A stretch of 64,000 nt of DNA, from assembly GCA_963701095.1 (NCBI GenBank), contig OY969564.1:800001-864000 (forward strand), written 5' to 3'. The DNA is from an uncultured Methanoregulaceae archaeon. Its GTDB lineage: Archaea > Halobacteriota > Methanomicrobia > Methanomicrobiales > Methanospirillaceae. Positions 55,201 to 64,000 of the stretch are shown in pieces (the stretch's first letter is position 1; every line of letters begins with the position of its first letter). Made by a program: the position numbers and the translations under genes. Under the pieces are notes generated by a model. It saw only the letters and a program-made list of their open reading frames with translations, ran no database searches and was not told the origin of the DNA.

Positions 55201-56110
55201 CAGTTACTTCTCCATCATTGACTACCTGAAAACTTTGGGCAGGGGTACTACCAAAAGTAACGCTATTTACGTCGCTCATGGCGTCGCTGCAGGCATCGCT
55301 TAATGATAGCGTCGTTCCTCCGGTTACGGGTCCGGAGAACGGAGTCATAGAACTGTCCTGGCCGTAAAGAATATCCTGGCCCGATCCCAAACATCTCTCT
55401 GACACTACATTTAACGCGTAATGATAGGTGGCCGGGGGGCTGGTTCCCTGTGGGCTTGTTACTACCAGGTTTACATCGCCTTCACCCGTTGTGCTTGGAG
55501 GGGCTGTAGCAATTATCTCGGTATCAGAGACAACGGTATAACCAAGCGCCGGGTTATTCCCGAAAAGGACGCTGGTTGCACCGGCAAACCCGCAACCGTT
55601 GATGGTTGTCGGGTTTCCGCCATAAAGATACCCGCCGTTTGTTTCGGTTTCATAAATAGTGGTGATGTCTACCGGCAGATAGGTGAAATTGCCAACATTA
55701 TACGGCGGGACTTTTACTTCTACCGTTCCTGCACCAGTCGCGCTTGCCGGTGCAGTAGTGGTAATCTTTGTTCCGTCAGGTGAGATGGTAAAAGAAGAGA
55801 CGGCAGTACTACCGAAAAGTACCTGGGTTGCACTGCTGAAACTACCTCCGCTGCAGGTAATGGTGACCGGTGTTCCTCCGGTTTTTGGTCCTTGTGTTTG
55901 GGTCATCGAAAAGGTAACAGGGGCAAGGGTATAGACAACAATTGTTGGCTGGATCGTTACAATACTGATTGTCGGCTGAACTGTTTCCACTCCGACTGTT
56001 GTACTAACTGTGACGACATCTTGGGCACCTACCGGTACTGTAAACATCAGCGCAATAATCAACAATAATCCAAGAACCAGATCATACCGTTTTGAACCCG
56101 TCAGCCTCAT
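52274..56110 (-). CDS. Cell-surface glycoprotein with IPT/TIG repeats, PKD domains and C-terminal TM anchor
   Basis: Signal peptide, repeated GGTPVxITGxGF, WLWAFGDG, FTAVSPTGLSTFAL, TM plus RRWWIQRQNPSLF. Confidence 0.85.
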   Translation of the reverse strand: MRLTGSKRYDLVLGLLLIIALMFTVPVGAQDVVTVSTTVGVETVQPTISIVTIQPTIVVYTLAPVTFSMTQTQGPKTGGTPVTITCSGGSFSSATQVLFGSTAVSSFTISPDGTKITTTAPASATGAGTVEVKVPPYNVGNFTYLPVDITTIYETETNGGYLYGGNPTTINGCGFAGATSVLFGNNPALGYTVVSDTEIIATAPPSTTGEGDVNLVVTSPQGTSPPATYHYALNVVSERCLGSGQDILYGQDSSMTPFSGPVTGGTTLSLSDACSDAMSDVNSVTFGSTPAQSFQVVNDGEVTALSPPVTGARAVTMHVSDTSGSLNPLTFVYDPVITSLDQTSGQSTGGTPIMVTGVGFTGATGVLFGSNWGSNFNVVSDTEITVTTPTSSSGTGPVNVAVKGGQGSGFSDTVTYTYSLPPVPHITGLSMSSGYVPGGSLSPMDIYGTGLSGTTNVSFGNNPAPGFTVVSDSDISVTLPPSTTGAGNVNIVVTTPGGTSQPETFTYVPVITSVNPTALPLSGGTVSITGGGFTGASAVMFGGIPTTGFTIVNDSTIAAAAPSSSSYTTLDVAVKTIYGNTNTITIHYQPIITSISPASGSLNGNTLVTITGSGFTKAMGVFFGNTFVSPPIYLSDTMVKIESPSSTIAGPVSVYVEGNMPDSTTGTFTYASVPVVSSINPTNGITAGGTPVVLTGNGFTGATAVEFGTVPAVSFVVNSDTSIDAISPANTSGTVDITVTTAGGTSLTSSADLFTYSISHPPTAAFTFTPSSGSSPVLVQFTDHSLVYKGTMWNWSVGDGVWYNTTVSSNPNVLYSIGTYSVSLTVSNESGSNTFTNLTPIIVSPAVISGTAPVAFFTATPLTGIAPVTVQFADTSTGLPTGWLWAFGDGNTSTSKNPSYTYSFAGTYTVNLTASNSGGSNITSKTGYINVSAPVIITNSCSFTGVNITSAGTTQQVNISTMGNPASGNTVTVNNPGSSWSNLSVTFTRPPQQNAGNYTGTVSSVQASIQPEIVPISSLGNPNVSVSLDMTQVPGSDASITSTISSSPSPSAQSSFTLAASSAGDKIDALAYTISFSKTGIDNSANGGIILSATITMAASPAWVAVNGGTSHILIMHQTDTGTTTLLTTTFVGTDSSGNDVFTAVSPTGLSTFALVAVSSSSSGSPGGSGSSSYGSRSGSDYWSGSGTNGQGYTGPAEQPPSPPAVQQQQQEIPPSVTGSELAQQTVAAYRAPTPSGGFPYMFVVLVGGSGITLIGSGWYIRRWWIQRQNPSLFRDYD

Positions 56111-56842
56111 CCCGTCTGCTCCCTAACAACTACCCGGGGTGACATATGATTCCTGTGGATGCGGTCCCATCCAAGACGCCTGCACACCCCGATTGCTAGA
56201 TCTCTGGGGCAATGGGTGATAAATTTTGGGAAATATATTTGTCAATTTGATAGATACCGTGAAAACCTGAACTAAACAGGAGTGATGCCGGCGATCCAGA
56301 GAGCCAGGGTACAGCTTCTTTACATTAGTATGCTGATAACTGGCGAGGAGGTAAATAATGTCAGCAAACCGGTATGTCAGGTATGTTGATGTATCTCCCG
56401 GATTGATCCGCGATTCCGAATTTTTCTCTTCTCGTGAAATTCTTAAAAAAAAGACCTGTGCCCAGCACCAGGTAATAAATCTTCTTCTCTAGAAAGAATG
56501 CCTGTCTGAGAAGACTGTAAATCCCCTCGTCCTTCCATTTATCGCATTCTTTTCCTCTGGATGGAACCAAACTCGTGGGGAGAGAGAAGAAAGTGGGTTA
56601 AAAATAACAAAAATTAATCTGCATCTCTATTATATTCTTAATTTCAGTTGCTGGTGCGTAAATCATGCTCAAAAAACGGTAATAAGCGGCAACCAAACCT
56701 TTCTCATGCCGCGTCGACAAAAGTTTATCTGCGTATAACACGCTGTTAATATGGAACGGCTTGCCGTTCTTGGTAGATGATTTCCACATAAGCTTTCATC
56801 AAACCTGAACAATAAAAGCACTTTGAACATTATATACCGCAT

Positions 56843-56913
56843 GCCTCGGTAGGGTAGTGGACATCCTAGAAGCCTCCGGAGCTTTTGACCGGGTTCGAAT
56901 CCCGGCCGAGGCG
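56843..56913 (+). tRNA. tRNA-Arg(CCG)
   Basis: GCCTCGG/CCGAGGC acceptor, GAAGC-CTCCGGA-GCTTT anticodon arm, CCGGG-TTCGAAT-CCCGG T arm. Confidence 0.9.
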
Positions 56914-57017
56914 CTTTTCTTTTCAATCAGGGCCGGTTCATGAGAACAGTACCATACAGAAGTACTTAAACCCGTATAGCATTGTTAATATGACAGTTTT
57001 ACTGTTTTGTGAAAACC

Positions 57018-57194
57018 ATGTATGGATCATCTAATTTTGGCGGTCGCGGTCCCAGAGACTCCGGCCCACGTGAAATGACAAAAGTAACTTGTTCCGACTG
57101 CGGAAAAGAATGCGAAGTACCCTTTAAGCCAACCGAAGGCAGACCCGTGTATTGCCAGGATTGCCTGCCAAAACACCGGAAGCCCCGGTTCTAA
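57018..57194 (+). CDS. CxxC-x17-CxxC zinc-binding domain protein
   Basis: CSDCGKECEVPFKPTEGRPVYCQDC. Confidence 0.9.
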   Translation: MYGSSNFGGRGPRDSGPREMTKVTCSDCGKECEVPFKPTEGRPVYCQDCLPKHRKPRF

Positions 57195-57353
57195 ATACTT
57201 TAATCATTTGTTCTCTTTTTTCGTTGACATTGCCGAAAAGATATCGTCAAATATCCAGATTGACCGTTTTAATAGTCTTTACGAAACAGCGTCACATCCC
57301 GTAAGGGTAATGCATCTCTTTATCGTGATACACCCCAATATAGCACCATCCCT

Positions 57354-57542
57354 ATGTTACATACTGAAAAAAAGATAAAATTAATCCGTGATAAGTTAAG
57401 CAGGATTGGCATCAGAGAAAAAGACCTCGATGACGAAACCATCCTTACGTCTTACAGTATTAACAGTTGCGGCAACCTGTGTTCGATCAAAGCGAGGGTA
57501 GGCGAACCATCAGGCGCTGATGCTGACACTTCTTTGCTGTGA
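57354..57542 (+). CDS. Small hypothetical protein
   Basis: 62-aa ORF only. Confidence 0.4.
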   Translation: MLHTEKKIKLIRDKLSRIGIREKDLDDETILTSYSINSCGNLCSIKARVGEPSGADADTSLL

Positions 57543-57574
57543 GTATTCATCCTGCGGTTAAAATCGCAGGTATT

Positions 57575-59266
57575 CTACCTGTTTTTTTCATAAAAAACCG
57601 GGACGTCCCTGAACGCAATCCCGTCAAAAAGCCCGCGATCGGTAACCCGCAGTGCCGGGATCACCGTCAGGGCGATGAATGAGAGATACATAAACGGCTG
57701 GGCAATGCTACCCATCTCTGCAGTGACTTTGCCAAGTGCATCCAGTTTTGCTGTTACCTCATGTGCAGGGAGCGAAGACATAAGCCCGGCACAATCAAGA
57801 GTGAGCACGGTAAATTCGTTCCCGTTCACGGCAGCCATGCCCCCACCGGTCCTTATGATCGTGTCTATAGCTGAGAGAATTTCCTTATCGCTTGTTCCGG
57901 TCGCAACGATATTGTGCGCATCATGGGAGACACTTGCGGCGATCGCCCCGGTCTTAAACCCAAAACCGTGCACAATCCCGGTACCAACACCGCCACGCCC
58001 ATACCGGTTGCAGACTACCACTTTAAGGAGATCCCGTGGTATATCGGGAATGGTGTCAGGACTTATATCATAGGTGAGCGATTCGGTGAGGATCTGGCCG
58101 GGAACAAGCCCGATTACCCGTGCCGGTCCTTCGCCAGATAACCTGATCTGTTCCGGGGAAGGCGTCGTGCACCTGATTGAAGCCGAAAGGGAAGCGGCTG
58201 ACGGTGCGGATGTATATGATGATACCGGTTCTCCCAGGAAAAAGGTCTCTTTTACCCGGAACGTGCGAGGATTGTCGACAATACAAAAGTCAGCCCGCCG
58301 GCCCGGGGAGAGTGCGCCCCGGTCAGAAAGCCTGAACCGTTCCGCAGCTGACAGTGTTGCCATCCGGATCGCACATTCAGGCTCAAGCCCGCATCTCACT
58401 GCTTTCCTGATGCACCGGTCAATGTGACCTTCCCGGGAAAGCAGATCGGCGTGACAGTCATCGGTGGAAAAGCTGCACCGGGACACGTTGTACGGGGTTA
58501 TTATGGGAATAAGGGCCTCGATATTTTTCTCGGTCGACCCCTCCCGGACAAAAATATACATCCCGCGCCGGAGTTTTTCCTCTGCCTCGTTCTGCGTGAT
58601 ACATTCATGGTCGCTATCGGGGCCGGCCAGGATATAGGCATTTAAGTCCATGCCGGTAAGAAGCGGCGCATGACCGTCGCACATATCAGTTAGGGAAAGT
58701 TTTTCCATGACTTCCTTATCGCTTTCCAGCACGCCCGGCATATTCATCATCTCACCAAGACCGATAATCCCAGCCCTTCCTACGAACCCGGAAAGCATTC
58801 CAGATTCAAGCCTCGCCCCGCCGATATCGAGAGGTGTTGCCGGTACGCAGGAGGGTAGCATATACAGGATATCTACCGGTGCACCGGCTCGTTCAGCCAG
58901 CATGTATTCGATACCTTCTGACCCGGCAACGTTTGCAATCTCATGAGGATCGGCGATCACCGTTGTCGTTCCGCAGGAGGCAACCAGCCGGGCATATTCA
59001 TGGGGAACCAGAAGCGAACTTTCGATATGGACGTGGGCATCGATGAGACCCGGCACAACATATGCCCCGCAAAGATCGCGTTCACGGATCCCCCGGTAGG
59101 AACGACCAATCCCTACAATAATTCCGGATTTTACTGCCAGGTCGTTGTGTTCCCAGGTGCATGAAAAAGCATCGAAAATTTCGGCGTTCCGGTAAACCAT
59201 ATCAGCCGGCTCAATACCACGTGATGCCGGAATGAGGTTTTGCAGAGATTGTGGCATCCGGGTCAT
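57575..59266 (-). CDS. ade: Adenine deaminase
   Basis: PGLIDAHVHIESS, DPHEIANV, DGHAP, DHEC, SVSHDAHN. Confidence 0.95.
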   Translation of the reverse strand: MTRMPQSLQNLIPASRGIEPADMVYRNAEIFDAFSCTWEHNDLAVKSGIIVGIGRSYRGIRERDLCGAYVVPGLIDAHVHIESSLLVPHEYARLVASCGTTTVIADPHEIANVAGSEGIEYMLAERAGAPVDILYMLPSCVPATPLDIGGARLESGMLSGFVGRAGIIGLGEMMNMPGVLESDKEVMEKLSLTDMCDGHAPLLTGMDLNAYILAGPDSDHECITQNEAEEKLRRGMYIFVREGSTEKNIEALIPIITPYNVSRCSFSTDDCHADLLSREGHIDRCIRKAVRCGLEPECAIRMATLSAAERFRLSDRGALSPGRRADFCIVDNPRTFRVKETFFLGEPVSSYTSAPSAASLSASIRCTTPSPEQIRLSGEGPARVIGLVPGQILTESLTYDISPDTIPDIPRDLLKVVVCNRYGRGGVGTGIVHGFGFKTGAIAASVSHDAHNIVATGTSDKEILSAIDTIIRTGGGMAAVNGNEFTVLTLDCAGLMSSLPAHEVTAKLDALGKVTAEMGSIAQPFMYLSFIALTVIPALRVTDRGLFDGIAFRDVPVFYEKNR

Positions 59267-59613
59267 ACCGTAATATCCCGGATAACAGCGGTTTCGCGTT
59301 CACCGTTTTGAAAGATATACACGTACATTTTATATCTGCCCGGATCGAGATGCATCGGAATACTAACGTTAGTATCGGCACCGGTTAGGTTAGCAGTAAT
59401 TCCTGTTGTCAAAAGATCCTGCTGTGCAAATTGATCAAGCGTAAAGACCCGTACCTGGACATAAATCGTCTGGGGGGTCCCGGGACCAGCAACTGCAACG
59501 GTCAGGTTGTCGTTCCCGTACGAAATGGTTCCTACTGAAACGGAAGTGCAACCGGCAGTCACAATAAAAAGGATCAGTACGAAACCAATGAGAAGGCCCC
59601 AGTGTCCCGTCAT
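59263..59613 (-). CDS. Putative lipoprotein
   Basis: Signal with TAGC lipobox. Confidence 0.65.
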   Translation of the reverse strand: MTGHWGLLIGFVLILFIVTAGCTSVSVGTISYGNDNLTVAVAGPGTPQTIYVQVRVFTLDQFAQQDLLTTGITANLTGADTNVSIPMHLDPGRYKMYVYIFQNGERETAVIRDITV

Positions 59614-59864
59614 AGTTCTTTTGTCGGACTATATCCATAAAAACCTATACCTGAACGAGCGGATCATGTCAGATTGCTAATGAGTTATTGAATATTCATA
59701 TAAATATTATAAATTTTAGATTTTATGAACTGTTAAAAATTATCACAAAAACCAAAAATCGACATAATATTGCTGAAAAAATAAGAAAATCAATTGTCAA
59801 TCAATACTTTTGAAAAGGAAAGATTATTTAAGTAGACATTTATAAAAATTCATCAGGTGATATC

Positions 59865-60760
59865 ATAACAACTATCGCGTTCTGCCACCATAAAGGCGGA
59901 ACAGGGAAAACCACATCCTGCCTGAATATCGCCGGATTCTGTTCTCGCGCAGGAAAAAAAGTACTTGTGGTTGACTGCGATCCCCAGGCCAATGCAACAA
60001 CAGGACTTGGGATCAGCCCGGAATCGGCCCGGAAAAACATATATGACGTCTTTATGAGCCGGATTGAAGGGTTCACCCCGGTAAAAATGACCGATATCAT
60101 CTGCTCGACCGAATCCGGCATCGATCTTGCACCCGCAAACCTGGATGTTGTGGGTGCAGAACCGTACCTCTATGGAATTGAATCACGTGCAGAGGTCCTC
60201 AGGGATGCACTCATACCTGTTATAAAGAGTTATGACCTGATCCTTATCGATACACCTCCCAGTATGGGACAATTTGTGATAAACGGTCTCGTAGCCGCAG
60301 ATCATATTATTGTCACCCTCGATTCAGGATCATTCGCGTTCAACGGGGTAGGTTCGCTGTTTACCATTTTTGAGGATATTAAAGAAGATCTGGGGAAAAC
60401 CATCAGCGTCGATATGGCCATCATTTCCCGGTGGGGCGAAGCTGGAGAAATATGTAACCCCGTACAAAAAGAGGGAGAAAAAATACCCTGATCAGTTTAC
60501 TCAGGTCACTCTTTACCCCAAGGCACGAACCTACTGAAGAGGAAATGATCGCCCAGAAGGAACGCGAAAAAGAACATGAACGACTTGCCGGAATGCTTGC
60601 AGAAATCGGGAAAAAATTCCCCGATGTGCATACCGTGCCTTATTCCCCGGAGATTTACGAAGCCCAGAAACGCGGCATGCCAATCTCGCATGTTGCACCG
60701 GAAAGTTCCGCCGGCCACGCTTACAAGGTTATTGCAGATGAGGTTATGAAATGGACGTAA
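59865..60760 (+). CDS. ParA/MinD-family ATPase (chemotaxis-associated); frameshift near 60485
   Basis: [25 protein letters not shown]-terminus in ORF 60545-60760. Confidence 0.85.
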
Positions 60761-62742
60761 ATATGCTTGAACAGGCTGTAAAGAAAGCCGCAGACGGGGA
60801 CCTGAAGGTCCGAATTGATGAGAATCGTGCAGAGACTGAAATCAAGCCGCTGGTGCAACATCTCAACAGGCTCATTGCAAAAGCCGAGGACACGGCAGAG
60901 AAGAAACACCGGGCGGACGCAATGATAAAGTATAACCCGCTGGCTATTTCGATCCTGAAAAAAGACCGGGTTATAGTAAATATCAATAAAAAATATGAAT
61001 CACTCTGGCGTGGAACACGGGAAGAGCTGATGAAAAAGAGGTTGTATGATTTTGATATAACCGTCCTTTCCGGTGACCACCTCTACGCTTGCTTTGAGAC
61101 AAGGAAACTCTCGGTAAGTTCCTGCCTTGTAAAATGGCCTGACGGAACCCAGAAATACATGACCCTCCAGGCAATGCCGATGCTCGATGCAGTCGGCGAA
61201 GTTGACGGTGCGTTCTATTTCTGGGTAGACAATACCGACCTCCACAATAAAATTGCAGAATCGGAACGAGTCAAGCAGCGAGCAGATCGTATCATAGAGG
61301 AGAACCCGTACGCATTGTTCACTATCGATACAAGCCTTGCAGTACGTTCTGCTAACAATGCATTCCTGAAACTGACCGGGTATTCACGCGATGAAACTGG
61401 TCGTCTCTCGATGAAGGATTTCAAGTACAAGAAAAACAAAGGTGCCAGTGTCGAATCGACCATATCATCCAAACAACGGGGGCACGGCGAATCGGTGATC
61501 GAGTTCCCCGCCGGAATACTGACCCTTGACTGGTACTATATCCCGCTTCTCGATGAGGCAGGTGCTGTTGACAGCTTACTTGTGGTATACAACGATATTA
61601 CCGACCGGCGCCGGCAGGAACAGGAAATCCAGCATCTCATGGAGGATTCCAAGAATAAAGCCAAGGAAATTTCCGATAGTGCAGTCGAGTCTGAGACCGG
61701 GCTTTCACGGATGGCGGAAGGAGATCTTACTTTCGTCGCTGAGATAATTGAAAAAGATCCCCTGGTTTCCTTAAAGAAAGACTATAACAAGGCAATTTCA
61801 TCAATAAAAAGCGTTGTTGAGGAGATCGCAAAAGCCGCCCACCAGCTCGATCTCACCACTGCAGATACCGGAAAGAGTACCCAGGAGATCTCAAAATCGA
61901 CAGAACAGGTGGCGATTTCGACACAGGAATCCGCAGAAGGGGCTAAGAAGCAGCTTATCGAAATAGAGAAGGTCGGTAGCGACGTCTCGGATCTCTCTGC
62001 GTCCATTGAAGAGATTGCAAGCACCTCCCATGATCTTATGACCCATGCCCAGAAAGCGGCAAGCGAGGGGAACCAGGCGGCAGAACCGGGTAAGGTTGCC
62101 ACGGCAAAGATGAAGACCGTAGAGAAGATCTCCGGAGAAAGCGTCAACGAGATAACAGCACTCAACGAGCGCATGAAAGAGATTTCCAATATTGTCAAGC
62201 TGATTGCCGATATCTCAAGCCAGACAAACCTTCTTGCCTTAAATGCCGCAATTGAGGCTGCACGTGCCGGCGAACATGGACGCGGGTTTGCTGTAGTTGC
62301 CGGAGAAGTGCGTAACCTTGCCGGGGAGTCCAAAAGCGCAACCAATAACATCGAGTCCCTGATTGGTTCCATCCAGAACAACAGCGAAAAAACAGCGGCT
62401 GCAATCAAAAACTCCTATCTGGAAATCCAGACCGGTATCGAGAGCGTTAACCAGACCATCGATGTACTCAACCGGATTATATCAGAGGCAAACGTCGTTT
62501 CCCAGGGAGTGACTGAGATCACAAAGGCGACCGAAGCACAAGCCGAAGCAACAAACCGGGTTATGCAGGGTGTGGAACACACAAACACCCTGTCCCGGGA
62601 GACCCAGCAGCGCATGGAAGATATGGCAGCCCTTGCTGAGGAAACCAGTGCATCGACAGAAGAGATCGCCAGTGCTTCGGCAGAACTCTCGCGTATGGCT
62701 GAACGACTTAAGGCTGCAACAGACAGGTTCAAAACACGGTGA
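60751..62742 (+). CDS. Soluble PAS-domain methyl-accepting chemotaxis protein
   Basis: Two PAS-like repeats; [27 protein letters not shown]. Confidence 0.95.
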   Translation: MDVNMLEQAVKKAADGDLKVRIDENRAETEIKPLVQHLNRLIAKAEDTAEKKHRADAMIKYNPLAISILKKDRVIVNINKKYESLWRGTREELMKKRLYDFDITVLSGDHLYACFETRKLSVSSCLVKWPDGTQKYMTLQAMPMLDAVGEVDGAFYFWVDNTDLHNKIAESERVKQRADRIIEENPYALFTIDTSLAVRSANNAFLKLTGYSRDETGRLSMKDFKYKKNKGASVESTISSKQRGHGESVIEFPAGILTLDWYYIPLLDEAGAVDSLLVVYNDITDRRRQEQEIQHLMEDSKNKAKEISDSAVESETGLSRMAEGDLTFVAEIIEKDPLVSLKKDYNKAISSIKSVVEEIAKAAHQLDLTTADTGKSTQEISKSTEQVAISTQESAEGAKKQLIEIEKVGSDVSDLSASIEEIASTSHDLMTHAQKAASEGNQAAEPGKVATAKMKTVEKISGESVNEITALNERMKEISNIVKLIADISSQTNLLALNAAIEAARAGEHGRGFAVVAGEVRNLAGESKSATNNIESLIGSIQNNSEKTAAAIKNSYLEIQTGIESVNQTIDVLNRIISEANVVSQGVTEITKATEAQAEATNRVMQGVEHTNTLSRETQQRMEDMAALAEETSASTEEIASASAELSRMAERLKAATDRFKTR

Positions 62743-62745
62743 ACT

Positions 62746-63258
62746 ATGGCCGGTAACATAGATGTGGTAGAGTTCGAGCTTGGCGGGGAACGGTATGCCC
62801 TTGACATCAATCTTGCCCGTGAAATTGTAGAGATGATGCCCATCACGCCTATACCCCGGGCACCCGCCTATATCTCCGGAGTCATCAATCTCCGGGGAGA
62901 GATCACCAATATCATGAACCTTAACACGCTTCTGGGGTTACCTGACAAGGACATCCGGGAAAACCAGAAGATCATTGTCCTTGTTCCTGAAGCAGCAAAA
63001 GGAAACAACGTCGGGATCATTGTTGACGATGTCTCCAGTGTCCGGCAGGTAGCCGAGGCCGATATTGAGCATATCGGTGCCGGGATTTCTTCAGAATTCT
63101 CACAGTTTGTCAAAGGTATTATCAAGGTTTCGGCAGAAGACGCCGAGAAAAAGAGAAAGGATCTCATCATCTGGCTCGATATGGAAAAAGTGATCGTGGA
63201 TCTGGGCAGCCGGTCCAAAAACAGCCCGGGTGCAGGACTCATCCACGAATCAGATTAA
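62746..63258 (+). CDS. cheW: Chemotaxis coupling protein CheW
   Basis: TPIPRAPAYISGVINLRGEI, GIIVDDV. Confidence 0.95.
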   Translation: MAGNIDVVEFELGGERYALDINLAREIVEMMPITPIPRAPAYISGVINLRGEITNIMNLNTLLGLPDKDIRENQKIIVLVPEAAKGNNVGIIVDDVSSVRQVAEADIEHIGAGISSEFSQFVKGIIKVSAEDAEKKRKDLIIWLDMEKVIVDLGSRSKNSPGAGLIHESD

Positions 63259-63283
63259 TTTTTTTAAAAACGAAGGGAAAAGA

Positions 63284-64000
63284 ATGACCGAACAACGACC
63301 GGGAAGAAAAGCATTATTTGTCGGGGCACCGGCAGGACGAAGTGCTCCCGATGAGATCGCCGAGCATGTACGGGAGTTAAACGAGGAACTCGCCCTTGCA
63401 CTCAAAGGAGCTCTTGCAAACAAAACGGTAAAAACACTGGAATCAGCGCATTTTGGCAGCGAGTATGCGACACTTGTGGATGCAGTCAATATATCGTTGA
63501 CCCAGATGGCTGCTGCCGGGTCCGGACCTGCGGCTCCAGAAGGAGCATCCCCTGAGGTACTCGACGCATGCCTGACAAAAATTGACACGCTCGAACGAAG
63601 GCTCGAGTTTATGGAAAAGAACAACCCGGTCCCGATGCTTATTACGACGCCGACCCTGGACATTACCGAAGCTAATGCCGCATATATTGAAATGAGCGGG
63701 ATCCCCGAGACCAAAATCCTTTCAACAAATATCCGTGATTTTGCGGTTACAAGCAGGTCCGGTGAAGATGCCGGCGTTGCCCTTGATAAGAAACGGCGGG
63801 CCGTTGGCCAACTCACCATAATGTTCCCTTCAGGTGAACATACCCTTGAACAGTACCTGTATCCCGGTCGTTGACAGTACAGGAGAGGTTGCATCCCTGG
63901 TAATTCTCTACGATGATCTCACCACAAAGCGCAAAAAGAACCAGGAGATAGAACGGCTCAAGATCCGGTCTGAAATAATTGTCCAGCAGAACCCGATGCC
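63284..64000 (+). CDS. PAS-domain chemoreceptor-like protein, partial; frameshift near 63860, runs off window
   Basis: NPVPMLI..EANAAYIEMSG PAS motif; follows cheW. Confidence 0.7.

Noticed and set aside
56669..56926. 85-aa minus-strand ORF
   Set aside because: Antisense to tRNA-Arg
3380..63870. About 16 frameshifts suggesting a decayed provirus or widespread recoding
   Set aside because: They also hit host genes (hypD, mscS, parA-like, chemoreceptor), are single-base and come without in-frame stops, which points to sequencing/assembly indels; only 33340-33346 fits a programmed site

Overview
Archaeal DNA, most likely a Methanomicrobiales methanogen (Methanoregula-like; inferred from hypD, an archaeal tRNA-Thr with U73, PolB2, and a surface protein ending RRWWIQRQNPSLFRDYD). 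About 1-49,000 is an integrated island ending at a disrupted-and-replaced tRNA-Thr(GGT) locus (48,760-49,043). Its core is a siphovirus-like head-tail virion gene set on the + strand (7,457-42,150: terminase, portal, protease/scaffold, capsid, neck, tail tube, chaperones, tape measure, Dit, hub, fibre). The virion genes are split into blocks by mostly AT-rich, mostly antisense cargo, and the virion block after each of the four cargo slots restarts at a copy of one conserved GCCGAATTCAT...TATAA...ATATTCAATG promoter-like module (5 copies in all). Cargo includes an RT-nitrilase (DRT1/UG1-like), a wHTH-PIN-TGT-like triad, a Cas4-like nuclease, a proteasome-beta-like protein, a degenerate UppP/BacA, and an operon pairing a membrane protein with TyrRS-like and methanogen-SerRS-like paralogues. 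No integrase or viral replication gene was seen. 49,200-64,000 is ordinary host DNA (MscS, hypD, IPT/PKD surface protein, tRNA-Arg, adenine deaminase, ParA, chemotaxis genes). About 16 single-base frameshifts hit viral and housekeeping genes alike and are best explained as sequencing/assembly indels. All family assignments are from motif recognition by eye, not database searches.
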